In this document: piece by piece, positions 1 through 8,786 of the stretch
How positions within the stretch are numbered: the first letter of the stretch is position 1
How the letters are laid out: each line of letters opens with the position of its first letter
Assembly: GCA_037381445.1 (NCBI GenBank)
Contig: JARRQT010000172.1
Location: forward strand, 1-23,967
Reading direction: 5' to 3'
DNA: 23,967 nucleotides
From: Calditrichia bacterium
Lineage (GTDB): Bacteria > Calditrichota > Calditrichia > RBG-13-44-9
Notes under the pieces: model-generated
Told to the model about the DNA's origin: nothing
What the model saw: the letters and a program-made list of their open reading frames with translations, nothing else
Database searches by the model: none
Position numbers and translations under genes: made by a program

Positions 1-473
1 TCCCCGGCCGAGATAGAGCATGTCGATTTCCGGGACAAAACAGTGGTTCAGACCACCAGTGCCGGAACACAGGGGATTGTCAACGCCACCGGCGCCTCCC
101 AAATCATTACCGGGAGCTTTAACAATGCCGGCGCGGCGGCAAGCTATATTAAATCCCAAAATCCGGGCTCCATATCCCTGGTCGCCATGGGCCATGCCGG
201 GATCCGCAGAGCCGATGAAGATATTCTCTGCGCCCAATATATTCGCTCCCTGCTGAAGACGATCCGCTTTCCCCCGATGCCATTAAGCAGCATTTGAGGA
301 AATCTCCCGGATCACCGAAGTTTTTTAATCCCCAAATGCCCTGGTATCGTGAAAGGGACCTCGAATTGTGCCTTCTATTTAACAGATTCAATTTTGTTCT
401 TCCGGTACAACCTTACAACCGGGACCTGCTTTGCCTGAGGAGGCAGGACCTTTCTCCCACTAAAATTGGCTAA
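1..473 (+). CDS. comB: 2-phosphosulfolactate phosphatase (ComB family), 5'-truncated by the window, with a frameshift near 255
   Basis: Frame 1 from base 1 reads SPAEIEHVDFRDKTVVQTTSAGTQGIVNA...GSFNNA...SLVAMG...EDILCAQYI, which are ComB-type motifs. From 255, frame 3 continues EDDPLSPDAIKQHLRKSPGS...ERDLELCLLFNRFNFVLPV...KIG to TAA at 471-473, matching a ComB C-terminus. One base appears to be missing at ctg-gaa. Confidence 0.8.
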
Positions 474-1195
474 CCCGACTTTTTGGGATTACTGGGCCGC
501 ATATCAATTTCGCTCACCATCGTCCGGGTCGGCATTTCATAGGCCATGAATGCCATGTAAGCAACATCTCCGGGCTGAATCATATTTTCACGGGGTGTGC
601 CGGTCGGAGAATCGCCCGAACCGAAGACCGTGTCCACCGAGCCCGGAAAGATGGTGACCACACGGATATCATGTTCCCGGACTTCATGCATCAGACACTG
701 GGCAAATCCGCGGAGCGCCCATTTGGAGGCCGCGTAGCCGGTTCCCAGTTTGAAACCATTTTTCCCGGCCAGGGAGGCAATATTTATGATGGTTCCGCTC
801 TTCCGCTGAATCATATGCGGCACCACGCTCTGGGTCAGTGCAAACACCGCTCTGATATTAACGTCCAGCATCTGCTGCAGCTCATCCACGGTCAAATCCA
901 GAAAGGGTTTCAGGTAGCCCACACCGGCATTGTTGACCAGCGCGTCAATCCGTCCCCACTCCTTCATCACCTTTTCTGCGATCTGTGGAATCTGGTATAC
1001 GTCGGTCAAATCCGCCGGGATAATCAGCGGCCATTCCCCGCCGTCATCGCGTATCATCTGTGCCGTTTCTTCCAATTTTGATTTATCGCGGGCGGTGAGC
1101 GCCACGGCCATTCCCTCCTCCGCAAACTTCAGCGCAATGGCCCGCCCGATGCCCCTGCTGGCGCCGCTTACAATTGCGACATCTTTATTGATCAT
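470..1195 (-). CDS. Short-chain dehydrogenase/reductase (SDR) family oxidoreductase
   Basis: Rossmann motif SGASRGIG, NNAG, catalytic YAASK. RBS GGAGG lies just upstream of the ATG. Confidence 0.93.
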   Translation of the reverse strand: MINKDVAIVSGASRGIGRAIALKFAEEGMAVALTARDKSKLEETAQMIRDDGGEWPLIIPADLTDVYQIPQIAEKVMKEWGRIDALVNNAGVGYLKPFLDLTVDELQQMLDVNIRAVFALTQSVVPHMIQRKSGTIINIASLAGKNGFKLGTGYAASKWALRGFAQCLMHEVREHDIRVVTIFPGSVDTVFGSGDSPTGTPRENMIQPGDVAYMAFMAYEMPTRTMVSEIDMRPSNPKKSG

Positions 1196-1313
1196 AAAAC
1201 CTCCAGTTTGTTACTCCGGGATTTGCATTATAAAATTTTCATTCAAAAAAGCTGTAAGTGTTTATATTAATGATGATGCGGGACGGAAGTTCCCGGACGC
1301 AGGGCAGGAATAA

Positions 1314-1347
1314 AGATGCCTGCGACACACATCGGCCACGGGCATCT
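1314..1347 (-). terminator. Possible terminator hairpin downstream of the cyc2-like gene
   Basis: Imperfect inverted repeat agatgcc...ggcatct about 30 nt after the stop, followed on the minus strand by a weak TTATT tract. Confidence 0.35.
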
Positions 1348-1378
1348 CTGATATTGGAAACTGAAGAAGCGTAAAAGC

Positions 1379-2584
1379 TCAGAAGGCTGTACCCAGTCCC
1401 ACCACGGCACGGTTGATATTCTGCCTGAAATTCCGGGTGACCTCACCGATCAGCCGGAGGTTGCGTGCCACCAGGTAACTGCCGCTGATGGTACCGGATT
1501 CATAATCATATTCGTTCAGATCGGAATCGACAAGGTTGTAGAGCCCGGTAATATAATAGCGGGACTTGTCCATTTGGGGAGCGAAAATCACCTCCGCCAC
1601 CAATCCGCTGCTGTTGATATCTTTGACATTATGAATTGGTTCCGTGTCATTGCGGATCAAATAGCTTCCCGTAAATGCGAATTTGCCGATATTGAAATTG
1701 AGATCGGGCCCGATATAGGTGGTAACATTATCATATGATTGCGTGAGCGGACCAGCCTCCGTGAAGATCTGATATCCCAGTTTCTCCTTCCCATAGTAAA
1801 AATAGACGCCAAGGCCTGAAATATTCATCACATCTTGCTTCAGACGCAGGGCGAAATTCTTGTATTTATCCTTATCAAATTTACCGGTTTCCTCATCCGC
1901 CGCTCCTTTTCCGTTACCGTTTCCCACCAGCGCCACCATGTCCGTCCGGCTTTTGTCAATCCCGTAGGCAAGCATTATTCCGCGGTCATAGGTCAGGTTT
2001 ACACTCGATTCCCCAATACGGGTTGTGTAGAAAACATAATCTTCGAAAGTGAGCCGCAGTTCCCTTTTCATCAGGGGATCGGACGTCTGAAACTGACCCA
2101 CCATCACGTCCAGATTCGTTTTGAAAATATTATCAAAATGAATATAGGCGTCTTCGATGCCTGCCACTTCCCCCCGCTCGGAAAGATAAAAATAGAAGTA
2201 ATATCCAATGTTGCGGTACAGCGGCCCTCCGGAAAGAAGTTTGACGCCCCAGGGTGTTTCCAAATCGGTTTCCACCTCCGCATCCTGTTCGTAAACGCCA
2301 AAGGCATCGAAGCGTACCGCGATGGGAAACGTTCTGTTGAGGAACAGGATGGGATCACCGGCGGTGATAAAATCACGGGGATTCAGATCTTCCTTCAGAA
2401 TAAATCCGTTGCCGGCAAATTCCTCCCCGTACGGCTTCAGCCTGGGGAACGGGTCATGGCAGGTAGTGCAGGAAATTTTATATTGCCGGGCAAATGCCGG
2501 AATGGCGCCAGCATGCCGGGGAATGACAAAGCTGCATAACAAACCGATAACAACAAGGCCGAATAAAATCTTTCGATTAATCAT
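1379..2584 (-). CDS. Cyc2-like outer-membrane cytochrome c-porin fusion (monoheme N-terminus plus beta-barrel)
   Basis: Signal peptide, then AIPAFARQY-KIS-CTTCH-DPF-PRL-KPYGEEFAGNGF. This matches the Cyc2 N-terminal signature AxPxFAR[QK][TY]...CxxCH...PxL. The rest has alternating amphipathic, aromatic-rich strands and ends in Phe (GLGTAF). Confidence 0.8.
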   Translation of the reverse strand: MINRKILFGLVVIGLLCSFVIPRHAGAIPAFARQYKISCTTCHDPFPRLKPYGEEFAGNGFILKEDLNPRDFITAGDPILFLNRTFPIAVRFDAFGVYEQDAEVETDLETPWGVKLLSGGPLYRNIGYYFYFYLSERGEVAGIEDAYIHFDNIFKTNLDVMVGQFQTSDPLMKRELRLTFEDYVFYTTRIGESSVNLTYDRGIMLAYGIDKSRTDMVALVGNGNGKGAADEETGKFDKDKYKNFALRLKQDVMNISGLGVYFYYGKEKLGYQIFTEAGPLTQSYDNVTTYIGPDLNFNIGKFAFTGSYLIRNDTEPIHNVKDINSSGLVAEVIFAPQMDKSRYYITGLYNLVDSDLNEYDYESGTISGSYLVARNLRLIGEVTRNFRQNINRAVVGLGTAF

Positions 2585-2761
2585 CTCTTATTCCTTCCCT
2601 ATTTAATGGTATCTGATGTTATTCTGCTCATGGATCGTTTTCAATCCCTCACATCATACAAATGATGACTTTGCTTCGTATGAAATTCTTTCTGCAGACT
2701 CAGTCCATCCTGTATTACCCATAGATTCCGGCTTTCCGACGGGAATCCCGCCGCTGCAAGC

Positions 2762-4107
2762 TCACTCATAAACCTCAATCCAGGTGGAAGCGGAATTTAT
2801 GGGTACAATCTCGCTTTCGCTTTCCGGAACACCGAGATATTCAGCGACCGGTTTGACTAATTTCTGATAGTTCAATTGCGCGGTGAAAGTCACCTTTCCG
2901 ACAGGAATATCATCCGGCATCACCCAGGTAAAGGTCTCCGTTTTCGTTTCCCGCGGCCCAATCCGGTAATCTACCCCGAATGATTTTGTGTTCCATTGCA
3001 TAATGGTCATTCTGCCTTGGGGATCCAGATAAGGCATGCGGAATATCCGGTCGCCGATGGGAATGCCGTCCCGCTTTATTCCCTGAAAATCCGGTTTTCC
3101 CAGGGGAACTGCCATATCCTGGTAGGCGAGCACATCCGAACCGATAGTGTATTCTTCTCCCTCAAATCCTTTTTTGTCCACCGGCAGGTGGTAGTCCTTG
3201 CCGTTCGCGTCGGTTGCCGTTACATGCAGCCACACAATACGATCTTCCACCGACCCGGTGGGGATTTTGTGCCCAGCCTTGGCATTGAAAAGCTGGACCT
3301 TCAGCGTGACCGGCACATCATAACGGACTTCCCGCTCCACCGGAAATGCGACCATTTCCACCGCGCCGTTGAGTTTGGCGGCCACATGGGCTCCCGGAAA
3401 ATAGTGCTGGGAGATGGTATCCTTTTCCGACATCTTTGCATTCTTGCCTTCGAATCTGGGCATATGGCAGTCAGGACACCGCACATCCTCTTTGGCATAG
3501 GGACCGGCTTTCCATTCCAGTTGGGTAGCTTTTACCCAGGCGCCGTAAGGGCTCTTTTCATTATGGCAGGTGCCGCAAAATTCAGTGGTGGTTATGAATT
3601 CCGAATACTGCGTGTCATGGTGGGGAGAGGTCTTTCCTTCTTTATTTCCATACTTGGTGCGGCCCGGATTTGATATAAATTGAAATTATGCGGAACATCT
3701 CCTTTGAATCCGGTGATGGTATGGCAGATATCGCATTGAACCGCCTCATTGGCCCGGGTGTTTTCGGAAGGCAGCGGCGGCGGCACCTTGCCCGCCATAA
3801 AAGCCATGGGAGCGTGGCAGCCGTGGCAGCCGGCCTTCACGCCCGCCACCATTTCATCCTTTTCCGCATGGGGAACCGCTAGTTTGAAATATTCGATTTC
3901 ATCCCAGTGATGAGTATATGCCTGGGACATCATGGCCTGGGTCCACTGCTGGTAAAAATCTGTGTGGCAGCTTTTACAGACCTCCGGTTTCTCATACTGC
4001 TCATACGATTTGGTTCCCAGGGCTTCCTCGCCTGCCGGGAAATCCTGCGCACTTAGCAGCGAAAAACAACTGCTCAAAAACATCAGAACTGCGACAAATA
4101 ATTTCAT
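2762..4107 (-). CDS. Exported pentaheme cytochrome c (c554/c552-4-like), split by a single-base frameshift near 3678
   Basis: ORF 3592..4107 has a signal peptide plus CKSCH, CHGCH and CDICH. Adding one base to the A-run at 3677-3679 continues the frame as ISNPGRTKYG...FCGTCHNEK...WKAGPYAKEDVRCPDCHMP into ORF 2762..3484 (H.FPG, GHKIPTG, R.VWL motifs). The result is about 448 aa with 5 CxxCH. Confidence 0.85.
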
Positions 4108-4331
4108 AATATCCTCCGCCTGGTTTAATCAGATAATGATTTACGGGTCATGATGGAAAGTAATGATCCGTAAAAACCTGTTGATTGGGCGGCATCCATG
4201 CTTTTAAAGCATATCTATAAATACCGCAGAATATACCGATCCGGAAAAATGGTTTTTTGTTAATAGAACTTATTTAGGAACTGCCTTAACAAGTTAATTC
4301 GGAAAGCTGTTTTATTCGTTTTAGAGAAGCA

Positions 4332-4360
4332 CATTGCCCGCCGCGCTCCGGCAGGCAATG
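4332..4360 (-). terminator. Probable terminator hairpin after fprA
   Basis: 12-bp stem cattgcctgccg/cggcgggcaatg on the minus strand. The one irregular pair is G-U only on the minus strand. The U-tract is weak. Confidence 0.5.
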
Positions 4361-4415
4361 CACCCGTATCACGAGAAAGGCTGATAAATTGCTGCTTTAG
4401 AGAAAACTGATCGAA

Positions 4416-5591
4416 CTACAGGTCTGCGTGCTTTTCAACAATCGCATCCGCAAGCCGCTCCAATTCTTTAAAATCCTGATCGGAGGGAAGGCCTTTGGTC
4501 AGCACGGGCGGCAGAAATTCTGCCTTCACACCGCTCATAAGTGAGGTAATTTGCTCCACCATTTTATTGCCCCAGCCGTAGGAGCCGATGACCGCGGCAT
4601 ATTTGGTTTTGGGTTTCAGAGAATTGATCAGATAGACGGCGGAAACCATGTTGGGATGCGGCCCCATCAGAACGGCGGGTGAAGCAAACACCACTGTAGC
4701 CGCATCAACCATGGCCAGCGCAATCTCCCCGATATCGGCCGACATCATATTGAAAGGCTGAACGGAAACACCGCGCTGCATGAGGACATCCAGAAAATAA
4801 TGCGCCATCTGTTCGGTGCTGCCGTGCATGGAGACATAAAGCAGCACCACCTCACTTTTAGCATCTTCCGAAACCCAGTCTTTGTAGGCATTCAAAATGA
4901 ACTGAGGATTGTCATATACCGGACCGTGGGTGGGGGCAATGACGGCCGGATTCAAATCATCCACAGTCTGCAGGTGTTTGCGGATGCTCTTTGCGAAGGG
5001 CATCATAATTTCCGCATAATAACGCTTGGCTTCCCGCAGCACGTTCGACTGATCTTCGGCGAAAAGATCGCTGGTGGCCAGGTGGGAACCGAGGAAATCG
5101 CCGCTGAAAAGAATCTTATCCTCCTGAAGATAAGTGAACATGGTTTCCGGCCAGTGAACCCAGGGGGCCAGGATAAATTCAAGGGTTTTATCGCCCAGTG
5201 AAAGGGTATCGCGGTCATTGATCACCAGAAATTTTTCTTCCGGCAGATGCAGTAATTGAATCAGAAAATCCCTGCATTTGGAATTGGTGACCACTTTTGC
5301 ACCGGGATACAATTCCAGCATGGCGGGAATGGAGCCGGAGTGGTCCTGCTCCGCATGATTGGAGATGATATAATCAATCTTTTTGACATCAAGATTGACA
5401 AGGCTTTTTTTCAACTGATCAAATTTGGTGGGCTCAACCGTATCTATCAGGGCTGTCTTTTCGCTTCCCTGAATCAGATATGAATTATAGCTGGTGCCAT
5501 GCGGCAATGGGATCAGCGCGTCAAACAACGTCCGGTCCCAGTCTATTGCGCCCACGGAATATATCTTGTTTTCAATTTCTCGCGCTGCCAT
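4416..5591 (-). CDS. fprA: Flavodiiron protein (FprA, A-type flavoprotein; O2/NO reductase)
   Basis: GTSYNSYLI, HAEQDHSG diiron motif, HWPE, FSGD, PTHG, and a C-terminal flavodoxin domain (SMHGSTE, GSYGW). Confidence 0.95.
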   Translation of the reverse strand: MAAREIENKIYSVGAIDWDRTLFDALIPLPHGTSYNSYLIQGSEKTALIDTVEPTKFDQLKKSLVNLDVKKIDYIISNHAEQDHSGSIPAMLELYPGAKVVTNSKCRDFLIQLLHLPEEKFLVINDRDTLSLGDKTLEFILAPWVHWPETMFTYLQEDKILFSGDFLGSHLATSDLFAEDQSNVLREAKRYYAEIMMPFAKSIRKHLQTVDDLNPAVIAPTHGPVYDNPQFILNAYKDWVSEDAKSEVVLLYVSMHGSTEQMAHYFLDVLMQRGVSVQPFNMMSADIGEIALAMVDAATVVFASPAVLMGPHPNMVSAVYLINSLKPKTKYAAVIGSYGWGNKMVEQITSLMSGVKAEFLPPVLTKGLPSDQDFKELERLADAIVEKHADL

Positions 5592-5735
5592 ATCCTTCTC
5601 CGTTAGTTTTTCAATTTCCTAAAATTTTTATGGTCAGTATGTTATCGGAAATCCGCTTTACGCCCGTTTAGAGATTTGTTTCACAATATAATTTATAAAA
5701 GAAATGCTTTTAATCAAATATCTTTTGAAAAATGT

Positions 5736-5954
5736 TTAATTTTGTTGAATATTCAATATTTGTTCCACGGTATAGCCGGAATCCTTGATTGCGCCAACCA
5801 CTTCCTGCACGTCGATTTTCCCGGAAACCTCTACGATTTTGGTATCCAGATTTATGTCAACATTTTCAATCTCATTCAATTTTTGAATTGCCGAATTAAT
5901 GGTCATTTTGCAGTGGTTGCATGTCATATCCGGCACTTTCACGGTTAGTTTCAT
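5736..5954 (-). CDS. Heavy-metal-associated (HMA) domain protein, CopZ-like metal chaperone
   Basis: 72 aa with MTCNHC (MxCxxC) and a C-terminal SGY. RBS AGGAG upstream. Confidence 0.88.
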   Translation of the reverse strand: MKLTVKVPDMTCNHCKMTINSAIQKLNEIENVDINLDTKIVEVSGKIDVQEVVGAIKDSGYTVEQILNIQQN

Positions 5955-6130
5955 CAGATAGTCTCCTGTTATTCCTGTAATTACAAATCAAATGAAATAC
6001 TCATCGGGTTAAGAAAAGTTCTGGAGAAAATATTTTTCCGGGCAACAGCAAATCCTGCCGCTCACAACTCCCGATGGAATTGTAACTCTCATCAGCGAGG
6101 TAAAAAATTTGATGCGGCATATTTCAGCAA

Positions 6131-7204
6131 CTAAACATATTCTCTGGCTTCTTCTTCGCCCCGCAGGACGCGCAGCGCGCCCAGGGCCAGCGCCTTCATC
6201 TCCTCTTCGCCGGGAAAAACCATGAATGGCGCAATCCATTCCGCGCGCTTGCGAATCCATTCCACCATCATGTCCGCGTAGGCCAGTCCGCCGGTAACAC
6301 AAATCGCATCCACCTTTCCCTCCAGCACCGCAGCGCACATCCCGATCTCTTTGGCCACCTGGTAGGCAATCCCTTCAAAAATCAGGCGGTATTCCTCATC
6401 ACCGCTCTTGACTTCATCTTCCACATGCCGCATATCGTTCGTGCCAAGGTAGGCCACCACGCCGCCATGTCCCTTAATAAGCTTCTTCATGTCGGCATAG
6501 GTATATTCGCCCGAGAAGCAGGCTTTGACCAGGTCGCCAGCCGGCACACCGCCCGAGCGCTCCGGTGAATAGGGCCCGTCCCCATCCAGCCCGTTATTTA
6601 CATCGATGACACGGCCTTTCTGGTGCGCGCCCACAGTGATGCCGCCGCCCAGGTGTGCCACAATAAAATTGCATTCATTGTATCTTTTCCCCAGTTTCGC
6701 CGCTGCCTGACGGGCCACCGCCTTCTGGTTCAGCGCATGGAAAATGCTGCGCCGCTTGATGAGGGGCATTCCCGAAAGTCTTGCCAGATCGCCGAGTTCG
6801 TCCACCACCACCGGATCGACAATGAATGCCTCGCAGCCGATGTTCCGGGCGATAACGTAGGCAATCAGTCCGCCGCAATTGCTGGGATGATCCCCCTGTA
6901 TGCCCCGGCGCAAATCTGCCACCATCTGCTGATTGACCCTGTAAGTGCCGCCTTCAATAGGCTTGAGCAATCCGCCCCGCCCCACAACGGCCCCGATTTG
7001 GGTTGCATCAATATTCTTTTCCTTTAATAACTGGACAATTATTTCCATCCTGTACAAATCCTGGTCGGATGCCCGGTTGAATCGGGAAAGATCTTCCACT
7101 TTATGTTTGATATTTTCAGTAAAGACCTCCTGTTCCCCTTCAAAAACCGAAACTTTGGTTGAAGTGGAGCCGGGATTTATTACCAAAATATGGGGTTCAC
7201 TCAT
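6131..7204 (-). CDS. buk: Butyrate kinase
   Basis: ILVINPGSTSTK, GRGGLLKPIEGGTY, IVDPVVVDE, HALNQKA, HLGGG, GPYSPERSG. The start is moved to ATG 7204 (RBS GGAG at 7213-7216) because the longer ORF-track start overlaps ptb. Confidence 0.95.
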   Translation of the reverse strand: MSEPHILVINPGSTSTKVSVFEGEQEVFTENIKHKVEDLSRFNRASDQDLYRMEIIVQLLKEKNIDATQIGAVVGRGGLLKPIEGGTYRVNQQMVADLRRGIQGDHPSNCGGLIAYVIARNIGCEAFIVDPVVVDELGDLARLSGMPLIKRRSIFHALNQKAVARQAAAKLGKRYNECNFIVAHLGGGITVGAHQKGRVIDVNNGLDGDGPYSPERSGGVPAGDLVKACFSGEYTYADMKKLIKGHGGVVAYLGTNDMRHVEDEVKSGDEEYRLIFEGIAYQVAKEIGMCAAVLEGKVDAICVTGGLAYADMMVEWIRKRAEWIAPFMVFPGEEEMKALALGALRVLRGEEEAREYV

Positions 7205-7220
7205 CACATTTTCTCCATGT

Positions 7221-8035
7221 TTAGGATACCCGGGCCGCAGCGGCAATGGATAAAAACTTGGTTTCATCGGAATCGGCTCGGGAAGTCAGCACGATCGGCA
7301 CCTTTGCACCGATAATGATACCGGCGGTTTTGGCGCCGGCCAGATAACTCAGCAGCTTGTAGAAAATATTGCCGGCCTCAATATCAGGTACGATAGCAAT
7401 ATCGGCATCGCCGCCCACTTCACTGACAATTCCCTTCACCTCGCAGGATTTTTTTGAGAAGGCATTATCCACGGCCAGCGGCCCGTCGATCAGCGCGCCT
7501 TTTATCTGCCCTCTTTCAGCCATCTTGGAAAGGATGGCAGCGTCGGCGGTGGCCGGCATCTTGCCTGGATTAACTTTCTCCACCGCGGTTATCATGGCAA
7601 CTTTCGGCCGGGTAATACCCATGGCATGGGCTGCTGAAATCGCGTTTTCGGTAATTGAAATTTTTTCTTCCAGCGTCGGTGCAATATTCAACGCCGCATC
7701 GGACATCATGATCAGTTTATGATAGCTGGGGATCTCAAAAATTGCCAGATGGGATAACAGTCCGCCCCGGCGAAGACCGCTTTCCCTGTCCAGCACCGCT
7801 TTCATCAGAGTGGAGGTGGAACAGAGCCCCTTCATCAGCACATCTGCCTTTCCATCCTGAAGGCAATCTTTTCAATTCGGTCTTTGTCTCCTACAAGAAT
7901 GGCGGATGCCAGATCTGCCTGCCGGGCTTTATGCAGCGCTTCAAGGATATCGGCATCCTGTGCCACCGCAACCGAGATGATCCGTCTCTTAGCTGATTTC
8001 ACTTCCTTTACCATTTGTTCAAAACTGGAAATCAT
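7221..8035 (-). pseudogene. ptb: Phosphate butyryltransferase with an internal deletion and frameshift near 7860 (real lesion or sequence error)
   Basis: The N-terminal frame VAVAQD...AILVGD...EKIA joins directly, out of frame, to QDGKADVLMKG...DGPLAVDNA...AGNIFYK...PIVLTSRADS. Roughly 28-29 codons that normally lie between these segments in Ptb (recalled, not aligned) are absent. Adjacent to buk. Confidence 0.85.
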
Positions 8036-8288
8036 TCCGTATCTCCGTTTTTTTCTTTATTTACACTCATTTCGGGACGGTCAAATTTAGAGACTGGTGA
8101 CAAAATTATCAAGGAGTTTAAAAAATTGGAACTGCGGAAGGTAAAGATCAATCAAAAATATGTATATTATTCAATATGGAAGGCAATTATTGTCTTACCG
8201 CCTGATGACCACCTGCAACCTTCTATTTACGCGCCCGGTTCTGAATACGGGTATTCTGTCCCGGAATGCGCTTCTATGGTACATTTTG

Positions 8289-8639
8289 CTAGCCAAGAAG
8301 CCTTTTAATGGCTTCTTTCAACTGGGTTAAATCCGAGGATTTCACGATGTATTCCTCCGCCGCCCAGCTCATGAAATTTTCTTTGTAATGGGAATAGGCA
8401 GTATTAATAATCACCGGAATATGCGGATTATCATTCAGCATTTCCCGCAGCGTTTCCAGTCCCCCGATTCCGGGCATCATGATATCCAGAACCACCAGGT
8501 CCGGCCGATCTTTTTTCGCCATTTCCAGGGCTTCTTCACCGCTGGCTGCCAGTTGAATCTCATACCCCATTTCACCGAGTTCTTCTTTATAAAGAATACG
8601 CTGTGCCGCCTCATCCTCAACAATGAGTATCTTTTGCAT
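8289..8639 (-). CDS. Single-domain response regulator (receiver only)
   Basis: KILIVEDE, DLVVLDIMMPG (phospho-Asp), TAY, YIVKS. 116 aa with no output domain. Confidence 0.93.
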   Translation of the reverse strand: MQKILIVEDEAAQRILYKEELGEMGYEIQLAASGEEALEMAKKDRPDLVVLDIMMPGIGGLETLREMLNDNPHIPVIINTAYSHYKENFMSWAAEEYIVKSSDLTQLKEAIKRLLG

Positions 8640-8739
8640 TTTTTCACCCGCTAATTTTTGTCAATTAATTTAAGGATTTAAAACGCGGATTTCAATTGCA
8701 TAATGGAAGGAAAACTGCAGGCTGGCAAAAAAATTTTAC

Positions 8740-8774
8740 AAAAAGGGGAAAGCAGTGACTGCCTTCCCCTTTTT
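8740..8774 (-). terminator. Intrinsic terminator after malic enzyme, possibly bidirectional
   Basis: aaaaaggggaaagcag-tga-ctgccttccccttttt, a GC-rich stem flanked by A and T tracts 12 nt after the stop. The one mismatch is G-U on the minus strand. Confidence 0.85.
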
Positions 8775-8786
8775 ATGCGGATTAAA

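Noticed and set aside
3660..3690. Programmed ribosomal frameshift in the cytochrome gene, or in comB near 255
   Set aside because: No convincing slippery site with a stimulatory structure was identified. A lost homopolymer base is simpler given the other lesions in the window.
6009..6338. 109-aa Cys-containing minus-strand ORF
   Set aside because: Alternative frame over the buk 3' end, with no RBS or domain pattern.
7835..7840. TGC-TGA as a Cys-Sec pair ending the first ptb fragment
   Set aside because: It lies in the out-of-frame tail after the deletion. The correct frame reads DVLMKG.
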